A stretch of 63,797 bases of DNA, filler included, from Stramenopiles sp. TOSAG23-2 (lineage: Eukaryota), in NCBI GenBank assembly GCA_900128395.1. It is 48 parts of 48 records of this genome, joined end to end, with 100 filler letters (N's around TTAATTAATTAA, not from the genome) between each part and the next. Parts side by side here need not be neighbours in the genome. Positions count along the whole stretch, not along the records: positions 48,008 to 49,234 come from LT653415.1; positions 49,335 to 50,561 come from LT653416.1; positions 50,662 to 51,887 come from LT653417.1; positions 51,988 to 53,213 come from LT653418.1; positions 53,314 to 54,538 come from LT653419.1; positions 54,639 to 55,863 come from LT653420.1; positions 55,964 to 57,188 come from LT653421.1; positions 57,289 to 58,512 come from LT653422.1; 40 more parts are not named here. One strand, given 5' to 3'. The notes below the pieces were generated by a model. That model had not been told where the DNA came from and made no database searches. It was given only the letters and a program-made list of their open reading frames with translations. The position numbers and the translations under genes were made by a program. Of the stretch, positions 48,280 to 59,936 are shown piece after piece (position 1 is the stretch's first letter; each line of letters starts with the position of its first letter).

Positions 48280-49052
48280 ATGAGTAATAAAATGAAAACA
48301 GTACAAGTGGCGAAAACAAAAGTCGATCCACGTGAATTAGTCAATATTGATATTGGAGTCGAAGTATTACAAAAAAAAAATAATAATAATAATAAAAAAA
48401 CAACAATAGACATTTCATCCGATTCAGAAGCAACAGATGATGATGATGACGATGATGAATCATCGCTTAATTCCGAGGAAGAAAAACAAAAAGCATTGAA
48501 GTATGCGGATGAAATGAATAAAAAAATGTAGAATCATTTGCTGAATTAAAAAGAGCTGCTGGTGCTGCATCTGATGCATATGCAGCTGCATTACGAGATG
48601 AGTTAGAGAAAGAGGAACGTAGAAAAGCTAGAGCCAAGTTGAAAAAATATTACCAAAAGCAAAAATTAGAAGATGAAAAAAAAGAAAAACAAAGATTACA
48701 AAATTTATGCGATGAAATATTTTCTTTATCTGGTTATGGATTATTAAATGAATTACAAATATTAAAAGAAAATGCAATAGGATTTGATGATGCGTTAAAG
48801 AATTATAAACCAAAATTAAAAGGTGAATTACCATTACTTTGGGCATGTGAAAACAACGAATTAGTTGTTGCGGAATGGTTATTTAATGAAGGTTGCGAAA
48901 TTACAGCGACTGATCAATGCGGAAGAACTGTATGTTTATTAGGAGCATGGAGTGGTGCTATTCGAATTATAGAATGGGGAATTGATATGGGTGTGGATCC
49001 AGGTTTTGAGAGTGCATTTTTATTTAAAAAAATTAACACACGAGATCTTTAA
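48280..49052 (+). CDS. Coiled-coil plus ankyrin-repeat protein; frameshift in the A-run at ~48520-48526; 3' end uncertain
   Basis: One extra A joins ...EMNKK to NVESFAELKRAAG...; GELPLLWACENNELVVAEWLFNEG...GRTVCLLGAWSG. Confidence 0.65.
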
Positions 49053-49334
49053 CTTTTTTATATTTACTCGTATGATAAGAGGAGATATTTATTAAAATCG
49101 GTCGTAAAAAAAGAGTTTTTATTTTTTAATAAAATAAAATATCATATCATTTATCGATAATAGGGCATATTTTGCTTGAGTTTGTATAACATTTTATCAC
49201 ATTGTTTGTAACATTTATCACACTTCCTCTTATTNNNNNNNNNNNNNNNNNNNNNNNNNNNNNNNNNNNNNNNNNNNNTTAATTAATTAANNNNNNNNNN
49301 NNNNNNNNNNNNNNNNNNNNNNNNNNNNNNNNNN

Positions 49335-50561
49335 GCTTACGTAGCGTAAATCATAAGCATGTTCATAAGCGACGAGATGCAACAGTACGAAATGCAACTA
49401 GACCGATACAGCGCAACCAAATACCACATTCGTTGATGATGTAATCATTATACAAAATAATGGTCAGGCGTTATTCGACTTAGTAGAAATACTAAAGAAA
49501 AAAGGGTTCAAAATTAGCTCCTTAGAAGCTCTAGAATGGTATTTAGGTTTAAGAATAAATATTGATAAGAAGACAAAAACAGTCAGTGTAGATCAGGGTG
49601 TTTACATTGAAGATATGTTAAATCAATACGGGTATGGCGACTGCAATACGTTATTACAAGGTGGATTAGTCGTTTAACCCACATAACATTTTTTTTTGTG
49701 CACAAACCTAAGCGGTGACTCTTTAAGGGGATTCCGTCGTTGGTAAAAGATTACCGGTTACCAAATTTTACAATAAGTCGCAAATAACAATTAATAATAA
49801 TAATCAAAAGAAAAGAAAAAGAAAGAAAAGAAAAGAAAAAGAAAACAAACATATGAACTAGCATATATACTCCGTTACCAAAATAATCGATACGTTGGTG
49901 AAGCCTTGTATCGAGGGGGTGTTGTATTTTTGTCTGGTTAACGAAGATATATCCTCATGTATTGCGCCTATCAAATAGTTCTTCGGAGAAGAGACTACAG
50001 AACTTGTACTTGACCAAAGACCATTACGCTATGGGAATTGGAGTTGTCACAGAATATCTGGTTAATATTCTAGTGTAACGAGTACAACAAACGAGGAAAG
50101 TGATAGGTGAAAACGTGGTTGACAGAAAAAGAGGGGACTCTTTTCAGAAGACGGAACATATATATATAAATATATATATGTATACGTAGAGAGTAGATAT
50201 GAGAGTAGTAAATATAATAATAAGATAACATACTAATATTCAAATACATACTGTAAGCACAACCCCTACTACCGATAGCCTAATTATTTATACAAGGTTA
50301 TAGTGGCCCAATATCGTCGTGCTATAGTAAGAAGTATCAAAGTTTTAAATAGGTATTATCTTTACTCGTTAGAGATCTTGACTTAAGAAAAACGTCAGTT
50401 CAAAAACTATAGGAAACAGGAGTCGTCTTGATCAAACACTCTTGTTGGATACAGTCTTTGAACCTATTAAAGTATTAAATAGTCAGTTAGTTAATATATA
50501 CGTGGAACGTGTATAAATTATAAAGTAAAGTTACAATATGTTTTTACTATATATAATACCA
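49335..50561 (+). mobile_element. Degenerate Ty1/copia retrotransposon: RT fragment (~49426-49677), polypurine tract, probable 3' LTR from 49920
   Basis: FVDDVII...LEWYLGLRI...VDQGVYIEDMLNQYG (RVT_2-like); gaggggg immediately followed by TGTTG. Confidence 0.8.
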
Positions 50562-50661
50562 NNNNNNNNNNNNNNNNNNNNNNNNNNNNNNNNNNNNNNN
50601 NNNNNTTAATTAATTAANNNNNNNNNNNNNNNNNNNNNNNNNNNNNNNNNNNNNNNNNNNN

Positions 50662-51887
50662 TGTCAGCAATAGTCGATAATAATGATGATGATGATGTTT
50701 GCAATGTGATTCCAATGGATGATCTAAACAATGAATGGAAACATTGGTATTGTGTCATGTTAGAAAAGTGCAACAAATGCAATTTTGTACGTTTCTCAGG
50801 TTGTAGGAATAGTATAAAAAAACAACAACAAGGTTGCGCTGATGGGGTTCAGCATTCTAACTGTGACAATAGAAGTAAAACAGAAGTAAATTTTTGTCCA
50901 AGTCTTTTTTGTAAACACGATCATTTACGTACTATACCATTGAAAGTGAACAATGAAATGGAAGTATTTTGTTACGGGGATGAAATCAACGGAAAGACAT
51001 GTAGTTTAGCAATGGATAAGTCGTCCTCTTGTCACTGTTGCAAGCAAAGTGATTTTGGTTTTGAACGTACACTAGTAAAAGTGAAGAAAAGTGAGTTGAA
51101 ATATGCTTTAAGAAGCTTTCCAGCTGATATCGATCGAACGGATCATTCAATTATTATGTGCAGTTGCTGTAAAGCAATTGGATTTCCTGGTATTGGTGGT
51201 GAATTAACTGCCATTAAAAATGGTCATACATTTTGGGCCAAAGGAGATGAAGATATTGATGGTGTAGACCGTCTAATTGATGATTGGGATATTGACCATA
51301 CTCCAGATTGTACTTGTATGAAGGAAACTGGAGATGATGTTGGTTATTATCGTGATATTCCAACGATGTTGACTCGTAATGAGTTGGAATATGCATGCCG
51401 TGCCATTAAACGATCAAGTTCTTGTTTGAATATCGTTAAGAAATCAAAAAATCTTATTGATAACTTTCAAACACAATTAGCAGTTTTAAACAACCGTTTA
51501 TTGAATAAATTTGGAGAATGTGTGGATGATCAAGAAATTCAAGCTTGTATCCATGAATTGGTAACGTTGTTAACGCATAATGAAGCATTTTTAAGCGTTA
51601 AGGGAAACGATTTTCCGATTTTAGTATTATCCAATATTGAATCATTTATTGTCAAAGCAAAGCAGCTACGACAACGTATTGGTAAAAATGAATGGAGTCG
51701 TAATACCGCGAAAGCATTTGGTACTCTTTTGAAAAAAGCAAAATCTTTAAGAAAAAGACGTTCCTCTCGCAAATCAAAGGTTTTATTTATGCCAGATTCC
51801 TTCGATTCAGGTTTATCTACTTTTGGTAAGAAAAAATCAACAAGTAGTACCAGTTCATCAAGTGGAAAAGGAGTCGTTCAAGCGGTT
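50662..51887 (+). CDS. Uncharacterised Cys/His-rich (multi-zinc-binding?) protein, internal fragment
   Basis: ~400-codon open frame with CNKC, CPSLFCKHDH, CHCC, CSCC, HTPDCTC. Confidence 0.65.
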
Positions 51888-53313
51888 NNNNNNNNNNNNN
51901 NNNNNNNNNNNNNNNNNNNNNNNNNNNNNNNTTAATTAATTAANNNNNNNNNNNNNNNNNNNNNNNNNNNNNNNNNNNNNNNNNNNNTCTTATTTCGAAT
52001 TAATTTGTAGAAGATTTAGATAGAAAAAATCGACATATTGTATTTTGGTGATATTTCTGAGAATTTTTCAATATTTTGGTGATTTTTTGGCCTATAACCC
52101 TAAACTAACCCGATCTTGAAAATCACATATTGGGGTAAAGCTCGACTTATACGTGATGTATGGACAGGAGAACGGTCGGGGATTGTTTGGGTGACCAGTA
52201 TATGACTTTTAGGTATTGGTTTCAGCTTCGTATATAATNNNNNNNNNNNNNNNNNNNNNNNNNNNNNNNNNNNNNNNNNNNNNNNNNNNNNNNNNNNNNN
52301 NNNNNNNNNNNNNNNNNNNNNNNNNNNNNNNNNNNNNNNNNNNNNNNNNNNNNNNNNNNNNNNNNNNNNNNNNNNNNNNNNNNNNNNNNNNNNNNNNNNN
52401 NNNNNNNNNNNNNNNNATCCTTTCTTGCTGAGTAGTGCTAGCATCTCTAACCCTAACGTAAATGATCAAAATGCACGATATTTTTAGTAAGCATGGTTCT
52501 ACTTGTTACCTGCCAAGACCACGACGTAGAGACGTTGTATATGTAATAAGTAACGGATATGCAACGTTTCAAAGTCTAAATTTAATAACTTCAATGAAAG
52601 TTTTCAACCTTTCATGATTTTCACCATTTCGATGAAAAATGCTCTAATACTAACTCCATGCTAACATACGATTAAAATTTTTTTTTCAGCACTTTTCTTT
52701 AAAAACATAATTATACATGAAAACTCTCGGAGAAAAGTTAAATATATCACCTACAATATAGAAACTACGACATTTTATCAAAATTTTTTATGTTTCGTGT
52801 TTATAATGAAGATTTCTAGCTCTCGTTAAAATTTATGTGATTCAAAATCGGTTTGGATTTTTAGGCCTTTTTCAGGCATGTTCAAATATATTGCAAAATA
52901 GGGTATAGTTGACCCAACATATCTCAAGTTAACTAAAATATTAGTACAAAAGTAGTTTCGATTTTCGTTTCTACACATATAGAGTCAAACTTAAGAGTAA
53001 GTTGACGACAACTGAGTGTCAGGAACATACTTTACTAACGACGTTTCAATTGCATGTCAAAGTACCCTTACTATGGAATAGGCTTGTAAAACCTTAATAA
53101 AAGTGTCAAAAAAAGTGCATTTTTTAATGAAAATTCACTTTGGGTCTAGCGTTTCATGTAAATGTAATATTTATTTTGGTTGGAGTTTAGAGATACAAGT
53201 TATATATATAAAGNNNNNNNNNNNNNNNNNNNNNNNNNNNNNNNNNNNNNNNNNNNNTTAATTAATTAANNNNNNNNNNNNNNNNNNNNNNNNNNNNNNN
53301 NNNNNNNNNNNNN

Positions 53314-54538
53314 TGTTGTGCTTGTTGGAAGAAGTTTCAACATGATTACGGTTAATACTCCGACGTTTCAAACCTTTTCGAGAAAGATCACATTTTTTTG
53401 TAATACAATATACTCGATACCATTTATTATTAGTACCACATGCTTTACATTTCCAATCAGTTGGAGCTTCATTTGATAAATATCCCTTCTTCGATTTTGC
53501 ATTGTGTAAATCAAGAAAAGCTTCAAAATCGATATTCGTATCATAATTTATTTCATTTTGATCATCATCGCTTTTACTTAAAAAATATGTCTGATATTTT
53601 TCAACTTCTTTTCTTTTCTCTGCAACAAGTTTTCCATGGTCAGTTTGAGGATGTATAAGGTTTTGCAATTTCGAAATCGTCTCTTTAATTGCCTCTTTCT
53701 CTTCAATGTTTCCTTTTGCTGTTACTAAGGAGCCATCATCTTCTGTTATACCTAACTCATCGATTGCATTAACAAGAAGGTTTAAATTCTTGAAATAGAA
53801 TTCATCAATGGACATACTATTTTCCAATGATGACAATTCATTCATTGCTACTGCATAATTTAATCGTTTATGTGGAATAATACGTATTTCGAGCGGATTC
53901 CATGTACTGTCGCGCTCTTTGAAACCAACAATAGCATGTTCTAGGCGTTGCACAGTACGAAACAAATAATGATACTCTATTGCATAATTATCAATTTTCG
54001 TCCATTTCATTTTAAACCTAATTCTACTTCTTATATAATCATTAATATTTTCAATATTCTGAAGTTTTTCAGCTTTGCTTCGATCATCTAATGTCTTAAT
54101 AGACAATAAATCATCAACAATTAAATCATAATACTTGCTTCTTTTCGTTTGAAGGCTACAATTTTTAAAATACGTCATTCGAGGTTTTTTAAGTTCCATA
54201 GTTTTCCCTGCCTTTTTATTAATTAGAGCTGCTTTTTTAGCTGCTATATCTGCTTTTTTCGCATCTAAATCATTCTGCCTAGCTTCGTTTTCAATTAATC
54301 TAGCTCGAATGTAACACATTTTACTTAATTCAACATGTCTATCATGAGGAGTCATGAATTTCAGCTTAGTATAAATTTCGTTTGCAAGTGTTTTGTACAT
54401 TGCATATTTATCGTTATTTTTTGATATAGAAGAAGCAGTCATTATTATTTCTTCCTCAATAACCTCTGCACTGACTTCTTCAATCTCTAAAATATCATCG
54501 TTTTCTACTTCTTCTTTCTCCACCACCTCTTCTTCCAA
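53314..54538 (-). CDS. Hypothetical protein with an acidic region and a RanBP2-type zinc finger, internal fragment
   Basis: DWKCKACGTNNKWYRVYCITKKC. Confidence 0.7.
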
Positions 54539-54638
54539 NNNNNNNNNNNNNNNNNNNNNNNNNNNNNNNNNNNNNNNNNNNNTTAATTAATTAANNNNNN
54601 NNNNNNNNNNNNNNNNNNNNNNNNNNNNNNNNNNNNNN

Positions 54639-55166
54639 GCTTAAATATATTCTAAATTCTGGAGTTGTGGCAGCTGTTGTTCCTAATTGGAAATTACTAT
54701 TCACTGTAACGTCTCCATTAGCAGCTGTATCCAATCCTACTATATTTTTGTTTAATTGATATTGTCCTTTAATTGTTGCTCCATTCTTTACCATAAAATC
54801 TTGAAAAGCACCGCATCTTGTAGTTCTAATATTTTTGCGTTTGGAAGGGTCATCAAACCAACTTTGTAATGTCATTCTGTGATTTGTAAAATCGGATTGA
54901 GCAATAACCTCACTCCCATTCATCAATACTGCTCTATCAATACAAGCGTAAATTCCAGCAAATAATGCCAGGTTTTGACTTAAATCTGCTGCTGTCATTC
55001 CCAATGTAACATATGCGTTGCTATCTAAAACACCAGTCTTAGGCAAAAGCCAGGTGGCAGCCTGCTGAGTAAATTGTGCTGGTTCCACTATTCGGGTCTC
55101 CACACGTTGAGAGCCCAATCCATCTACCTTTTTGCCAACTTTAAGCAAATTTGAAATACTATTCAT
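54639..55166 (-). CDS. Putative Polinton-like virus major capsid protein, N-terminal part
   Basis: LLKVG...QRVETRIVEP..F.Q....LLPKTGVLDSNA...FAGIYACIDRAVL..G...IAQ...TPEFRIYLS resembles the N-termini of PLV double-jelly-roll MCPs (recalled pattern, not searched). Confidence 0.7.
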
Positions 55167-55206
55167 TTATATTTAAATAGAAAATAAAAATGAATTAAAT
55201 TATGTT

Positions 55207-55863
55207 TTAATTTTCTACCATTGCCCCAATTTTATTATTCAATACCAACATATTCTTATGAATCATAAAAGTATATATAGATACATTGCCTCTACCGTCC
55301 AAAAGAGACCTAATTCGTTGAGAAAACGGATTCATTTGGAAATTAGCTCCACTGCCAACATTTAAGTTATCATATCTTGCTCCAATACCGTAACAATGGT
55401 TACCATAATTTACATAATTATTGGAATTGTCTAAATTAGCTGAACCAATAGCTTCAGACATTGGACTAGCTAAAGTATGTGTTAATCCACTAAATGGTTT
55501 AATTGCGTCTAAATAAGTTCTTTGTCGTAGAGCTTCATATCCGCTATCATCATAGGAACCAGTGGAATTTTGAGATATAATATTATTGAAGTTTTCACTA
55601 AACTGTAACGGAAATTTCATTCCATTTTTTAGGAAATCCAATTGTCTTACAGGTGCTCTCACTGTATAAGCTGTTCCTCCAGCGTTTAAATTTTGTAATG
55701 GAGGTGTGGAATATTCGTTTTCACTATAATTACTTATGTGTGGAGTTGGAATAAAACTGCTAAATTGTGATAACACGTTGCCTAATCCTGGATTCAATAC
55801 TAATGTTTCGTCACCTTGAGAAATGGTATTGTAATAAGAATGAACATTAGAATAAGTCCATGT
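55207..55863 (-). CDS. Putative second PLV capsid-like paralogue, C-terminal part
   Basis: Open from the contig edge: YSNVHSYYNTI...NPGLGNV...SFIP...FLKNGMKFPL...YLDAIKPF...YGIGARYD...G.G.NF...F..RI.S.LD...YTF..HKN.L. Confidence 0.65.
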   Translation of the reverse strand, partial: TWTYSNVHSYYNTISQGDETLVLNPGLGNVLSQFSSFIPTPHISNYSENEYSTPPLQNLNAGGTAYTVRAPVRQLDFLKNGMKFPLQFSENFNNIISQNSTGSYDDSGYEALRQRTYLDAIKPFSGLTHTLASPMSEAIGSANLDNSNNYVNYGNHCYGIGARYDNLNVGSGANFQMNPFSQRIRSLLDGRGNVSIYTFMIHKNMLVLNNKIGAMVEN

Positions 55864-55963
55864 NNNNNNNNNNNNNNNNNNNNNNNNNNNNNNNNNNNNN
55901 NNNNNNNTTAATTAATTAANNNNNNNNNNNNNNNNNNNNNNNNNNNNNNNNNNNNNNNNNNNN

Positions 55964-56627
55964 TGAGAAAAGCATGAAATTATTGCCAGAAAGAAACTCC
56001 GGTTTAAACATACGTATTAAAAAACGCAATGCAATTGTTACGGAATACATGGATGCAACAGGTAAAATGCAATATGCATATACATATTTGAGTGATGATG
56101 ATGATGATGAGGAAGATGATGAAAATGATCATTTAGAAGGTGTGGATATTTATAATGATTTCAACGATGATGAGATGGACACTGACAACCAACAACAAAA
56201 TGAAATTAAGAAAATGCATGAAAAAAATCAACATTTATTGCATAAAGATATACCTGATGATCTAAATACAGAATGGGAAAAAACAAGAAAAGCATCTCGC
56301 TCGCATTCTCAATCGATTGTCAAAGTATATTCCGGGCGTCGCAATTCTTTCAAAAAAAGAAAAAAAGAGGCAGATGAGGATGCATCAAATTTAATAAGTT
56401 TTAGTGAAGTCTTGGATCATGAATTTAAAAATTTAAATTCCGAAGCTAATTATACGAAACATGCGTTGAATTACGAAGATGAAGTAACATCAATGTCTAA
56501 AGTAGCAAGAAGACAATCGGGAAGATGGAGGAAAAAAATTGAAAAGCAAAAAAATTTAGAAAAACTGACAAGTAGCGTAAAACACCATTCACGTAGTATT
56601 CGAAATCGGTATAATAATGATTCCTAG
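55964..56627 (+). CDS. Hypothetical acidic/basic low-complexity protein C-terminus
   Basis: 217-codon ORF; no family recognised. Confidence 0.55.
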
Positions 56628-57421
56628 AATAGAGAGAAGAAGAGAGAGCCGAAAGAGAGACCACAAAGATGTGTATGATAGTAAAATAATATGAAAAAAT
56701 AATACTCGTATTTTTATTTTTTTTTAAAATATTATTACTTATTACTCACAGTAATATACAAGTATAATATCATACGCCCTCGTATCATATTTATATATAT
56801 TTACGCTTTTAATTTATATAATATATGAGTAAGAGAACATTTTATATATTTACGCTTCATATGAGTAAGAGAAAAACACATTATATTTACGCTTCGTACT
56901 CTTCGTATCCAATAAAAAAATATGCATATGTAAAAAATCCAAGAGAAGAAACTATATATATGTGTGAACATATAAATATATTTGATACAACCAACAGTAA
57001 TCATACTTCGTACGTAATAACTTCCCGTTATGAATGTTCGAAGAGTACTGTTAGCTTTATATATATTTTTTTATAGTGTATATATATGATGTGTCTTTTA
57101 AAAATAAATATAAATGCAGTATGATATCATATATATATGATAAAACAACAAACACCTTTACCTCTCTACGGTTCTACATCGTAAGTTTNNNNNNNNNNNN
57201 NNNNNNNNNNNNNNNNNNNNNNNNNNNNNNNNTTAATTAATTAANNNNNNNNNNNNNNNNNNNNNNNNNNNNNNNNNNNNNNNNNNNNTACAGTTTTATA
57301 GTAAAAGACAAAATGTGTATATATATATTGTGTGTGTTACAACAACAGAATAATAATTTAAAATTCGCTTTACCAATTAGAACAAATACGGTTCCATACA
57401 ATCATAAATTAAATTAAAATT

Positions 57422-58168
57422 ATGGCAGCAGAATTTCTAGCTAGAACGAAAGTATCGTTTGTTAAAACTGCTGTATTATCTTCAAATGATGGTGGGAATA
57501 CATTTAATGAAGAAACGACCATTAAAAATAAAACTGATGAACAAGGAAATGCGATAACTGCAGAGGAAATGAAGCGTATAGAGAAGATGAACAAGAAACG
57601 CTCAACTGGAACGAATTTATCATTATACGAACAGTTGGAAAAAAATAAAGCAGAAAAAGATGAATTATGGAAAGCCAAACATGGACCACAAGCGCCAAAA
57701 GGATTAGACGAGGAAGATATTTTATTTTTGAATGAACATTCAATAAAACAAGCACAAAAACGACGTGATATTGTAGAAGCTGAAGAAAGTGAATTAGCCA
57801 TTTTTCGCAACGCACAACGACAAAAGAGTAATAACGGTGCTATTACTAGTCTTAATAGCAATAATAATAATAATAAATCTGAAGCCAATTTTAAAAATGC
57901 TAATATAAATGATACTAATAATCTCAAACGTAAAAGTAAATTGCCAAGTAACTTATTAAAAAAACGTCAAAAGAAAATTGTAAAACAAATAATGGATAAT
58001 GATGATAGTATCAGAAACAAAAATAATAATAATAATAATAAATCAACAACTACTAAAATAACAACAGATGAATCATCCTCTAAGATATCAAATAAACCAA
58101 ATGTTTCTGCTCTGGATTTTTTAAATGAGCTAGGAGATGATTCTTCTAGTGACGATGATAGCGATTAA
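57422..58168 (+). CDS. FAM192A/NIP30 (PSME3IP1/Fyv6)-like nuclear protein
   Basis: SFVKT...LSLYEQLEKNKAEK...PKGLDEEDILFLNE; acidic SSSDDDSD C-terminus. Confidence 0.8.
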   Translation: MAAEFLARTKVSFVKTAVLSSNDGGNTFNEETTIKNKTDEQGNAITAEEMKRIEKMNKKRSTGTNLSLYEQLEKNKAEKDELWKAKHGPQAPKGLDEEDILFLNEHSIKQAQKRRDIVEAEESELAIFRNAQRQKSNNGAITSLNSNNNNNKSEANFKNANINDTNNLKRKSKLPSNLLKKRQKKIVKQIMDNDDSIRNKNNNNNNKSTTTKITTDESSSKISNKPNVSALDFLNELGDDSSSDDDSD

Positions 58169-58411
58169 AATGAAAAAAAAATGAAGAGCATTTTGAGAAT
58201 GCGTGTGTGCGCGTGTATGATGTATTTTATACGAAGTACGAGTAATGAATTTTAATTTAAAAGGATTTTTTAAATGAGCTAGGAGATGATTCTTCTAGTG
58301 ACGATGATAGCGATTAAAATGAAAAAAAAATGAAGAGCATTTTGAGAATGCGTGTGTGCGCGTGTATGATGTATTTTATACGAAGTACGAGTAATAAATT
58401 TTAATTTAAAA
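58114..58411. repeat. Tandem duplication, 149-bp unit x2, spanning the stop codon of the FAM192A-like gene
   Basis: ggattttttaaatgagctaggagatg... at 58114 and 58263. Confidence 0.9.
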
Positions 58412-58678
58412 AGTACGAAATTCGTATCATATGATTTATTACACGCACGTATCATGACTAACACTTGACATTACGCTTCGCTCCACAAACACCGTGCAGG
58501 TAACGTCCAGAANNNNNNNNNNNNNNNNNNNNNNNNNNNNNNNNNNNNNNNNNNNNTTAATTAATTAANNNNNNNNNNNNNNNNNNNNNNNNNNNNNNNN
58601 NNNNNNNNNNNNGACGAGGAAGAGTTAGTATTTGATCGAAATGAAATAAAAAAACGTGCTGTTGTACAACAGGAAGTA

Positions 58679-59359
58679 GTGATTGACACAACTGAAAAAG
58701 AAGAGGAGAAAAATCAACCTGCAATTTACAATATTGACGACGGCAGTGCACGGATAATTGATGGCGCTTTTCAGATTAATTTTATTGTAGATGATTATGA
58801 ATTTAAAGATGTAGAGGAACATGTAATAATACCAAAAGGATGCTTAGCAAAATTTCATGTATCAGTTGATATGCCAAAAACTTTTGAATGCGGGTTTACT
58901 TTTGAGGATAAGGATAAGACTGTATCTGAAATATTAACTAAAGGAGATACATGGTTTTATCTTTTTGACACGGTGGGAGATATTGAGTTTGGAGATGATG
59001 ACAATGATGAACTTGGATGCATAGTAACAGTGCTTGATATTGATGAAACAGATAAAAAAATTGCAAAGCAAACTGAAAAAGCAAGAAAGAAGTATCATAA
59101 ATGGTGCGATAGACGAGAAAAAGAACAGAAGAAAAAAGAACAAAAAGAAAATGCACAGTTGAAAAAGCAAATGAAAATTGAGGAAGCAGCTGAGAAGCGA
59201 TATTTAAAGGATGCAGAAAAGGTTGCAAAAAAAGAGGCAAAGAAAGTAAATGGGGATTTTAATTTTGAAGTTTCAAATGATGATGTACAAAGGCAACAAG
59301 CTGTATCTGAATCTTTGGCTATGTTTAATGCTATGAGGGAGAGTAAATTGCAAGGTTAA
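58679..59359 (+). CDS. Hypothetical protein (beta-rich segment plus K/E coiled coil), probably 5'-partial
   Basis: 226-codon ORF; the ~55 bp around its stop are repeated at 59487-59540. Confidence 0.55.
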   Translation: MIDTTEKEEEKNQPAIYNIDDGSARIIDGAFQINFIVDDYEFKDVEEHVIIPKGCLAKFHVSVDMPKTFECGFTFEDKDKTVSEILTKGDTWFYLFDTVGDIEFGDDDNDELGCIVTVLDIDETDKKIAKQTEKARKKYHKWCDRREKEQKKKEQKENAQLKKQMKIEEAAEKRYLKDAEKVAKKEAKKVNGDFNFEVSNDDVQRQQAVSESLAMFNAMRESKLQG

Positions 59360-59936
59360 AAAATAAAAAAAAAATATATATATTTTTGTACAATCAATAT
59401 AAGGAATTGCATGAGGAACACATCAGGAATGACTCTATTCTGACGCACGTCGGTCAATCAAAAAAAAATATCTATACCGATACAAGTTTGGCTATGTTTA
59501 ATGCTATGAGGGAGAGTAAATTGCAAGGTTAAAAAATAAAATATATCATATATACCATATATAATATATATGATATCAATACGTACTGTATACTCTATAG
59601 TAAAATAATAATTAAAAAAATAAATTAATGTGCGTAAAGTGCTAAACTAAATTATATACACTCTAGAGTTATACACGTATATAAAATGTTCTCTTACTCA
59701 ATATATTTACACGTATATGATATATATATTATAATATATTTTTGTACAATTTTTTCTTCTTTTTTTCAATTATCTCTCTTTTCCTTATGATCAGGATGAA
59801 AATAATTTCCAATAGCTGCCCCTATTTTTGCTGCTGNNNNNNNNNNNNNNNNNNNNNNNNNNNNNNNNNNNNNNNNNNNNTTAATTAATTAANNNNNNNN
59901 NNNNNNNNNNNNNNNNNNNNNNNNNNNNNNNNNNNN

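Noticed and set aside
48518..48531. Programmed ribosomal frameshifting at A-runs followed by stops (also ~7255 and ~10170)
   Set aside because: The required shifts differ in direction (-1 versus +1) and all fall in homopolymers, so indel errors or slippage mutations are simpler.
52091..52458. Telomere (taaccctaa motifs at ~52096 and ~52449)
   Set aside because: Isolated single motifs, not a tandem array; the interval between them includes an N gap.
53314..57188. Treating the RanBP2-finger gene and the 55964-56627 gene as flanks or cargo of the viral element
   Set aside because: They are on separate contigs joined by artificial linkers.
57409..57927. Antisense ORFs such as this one, 3145-3431, 8853-9329 and 45301-45879
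   Set aside because: Shadows of low-complexity or repetitive genes on the opposite strand, with no independent motifs.
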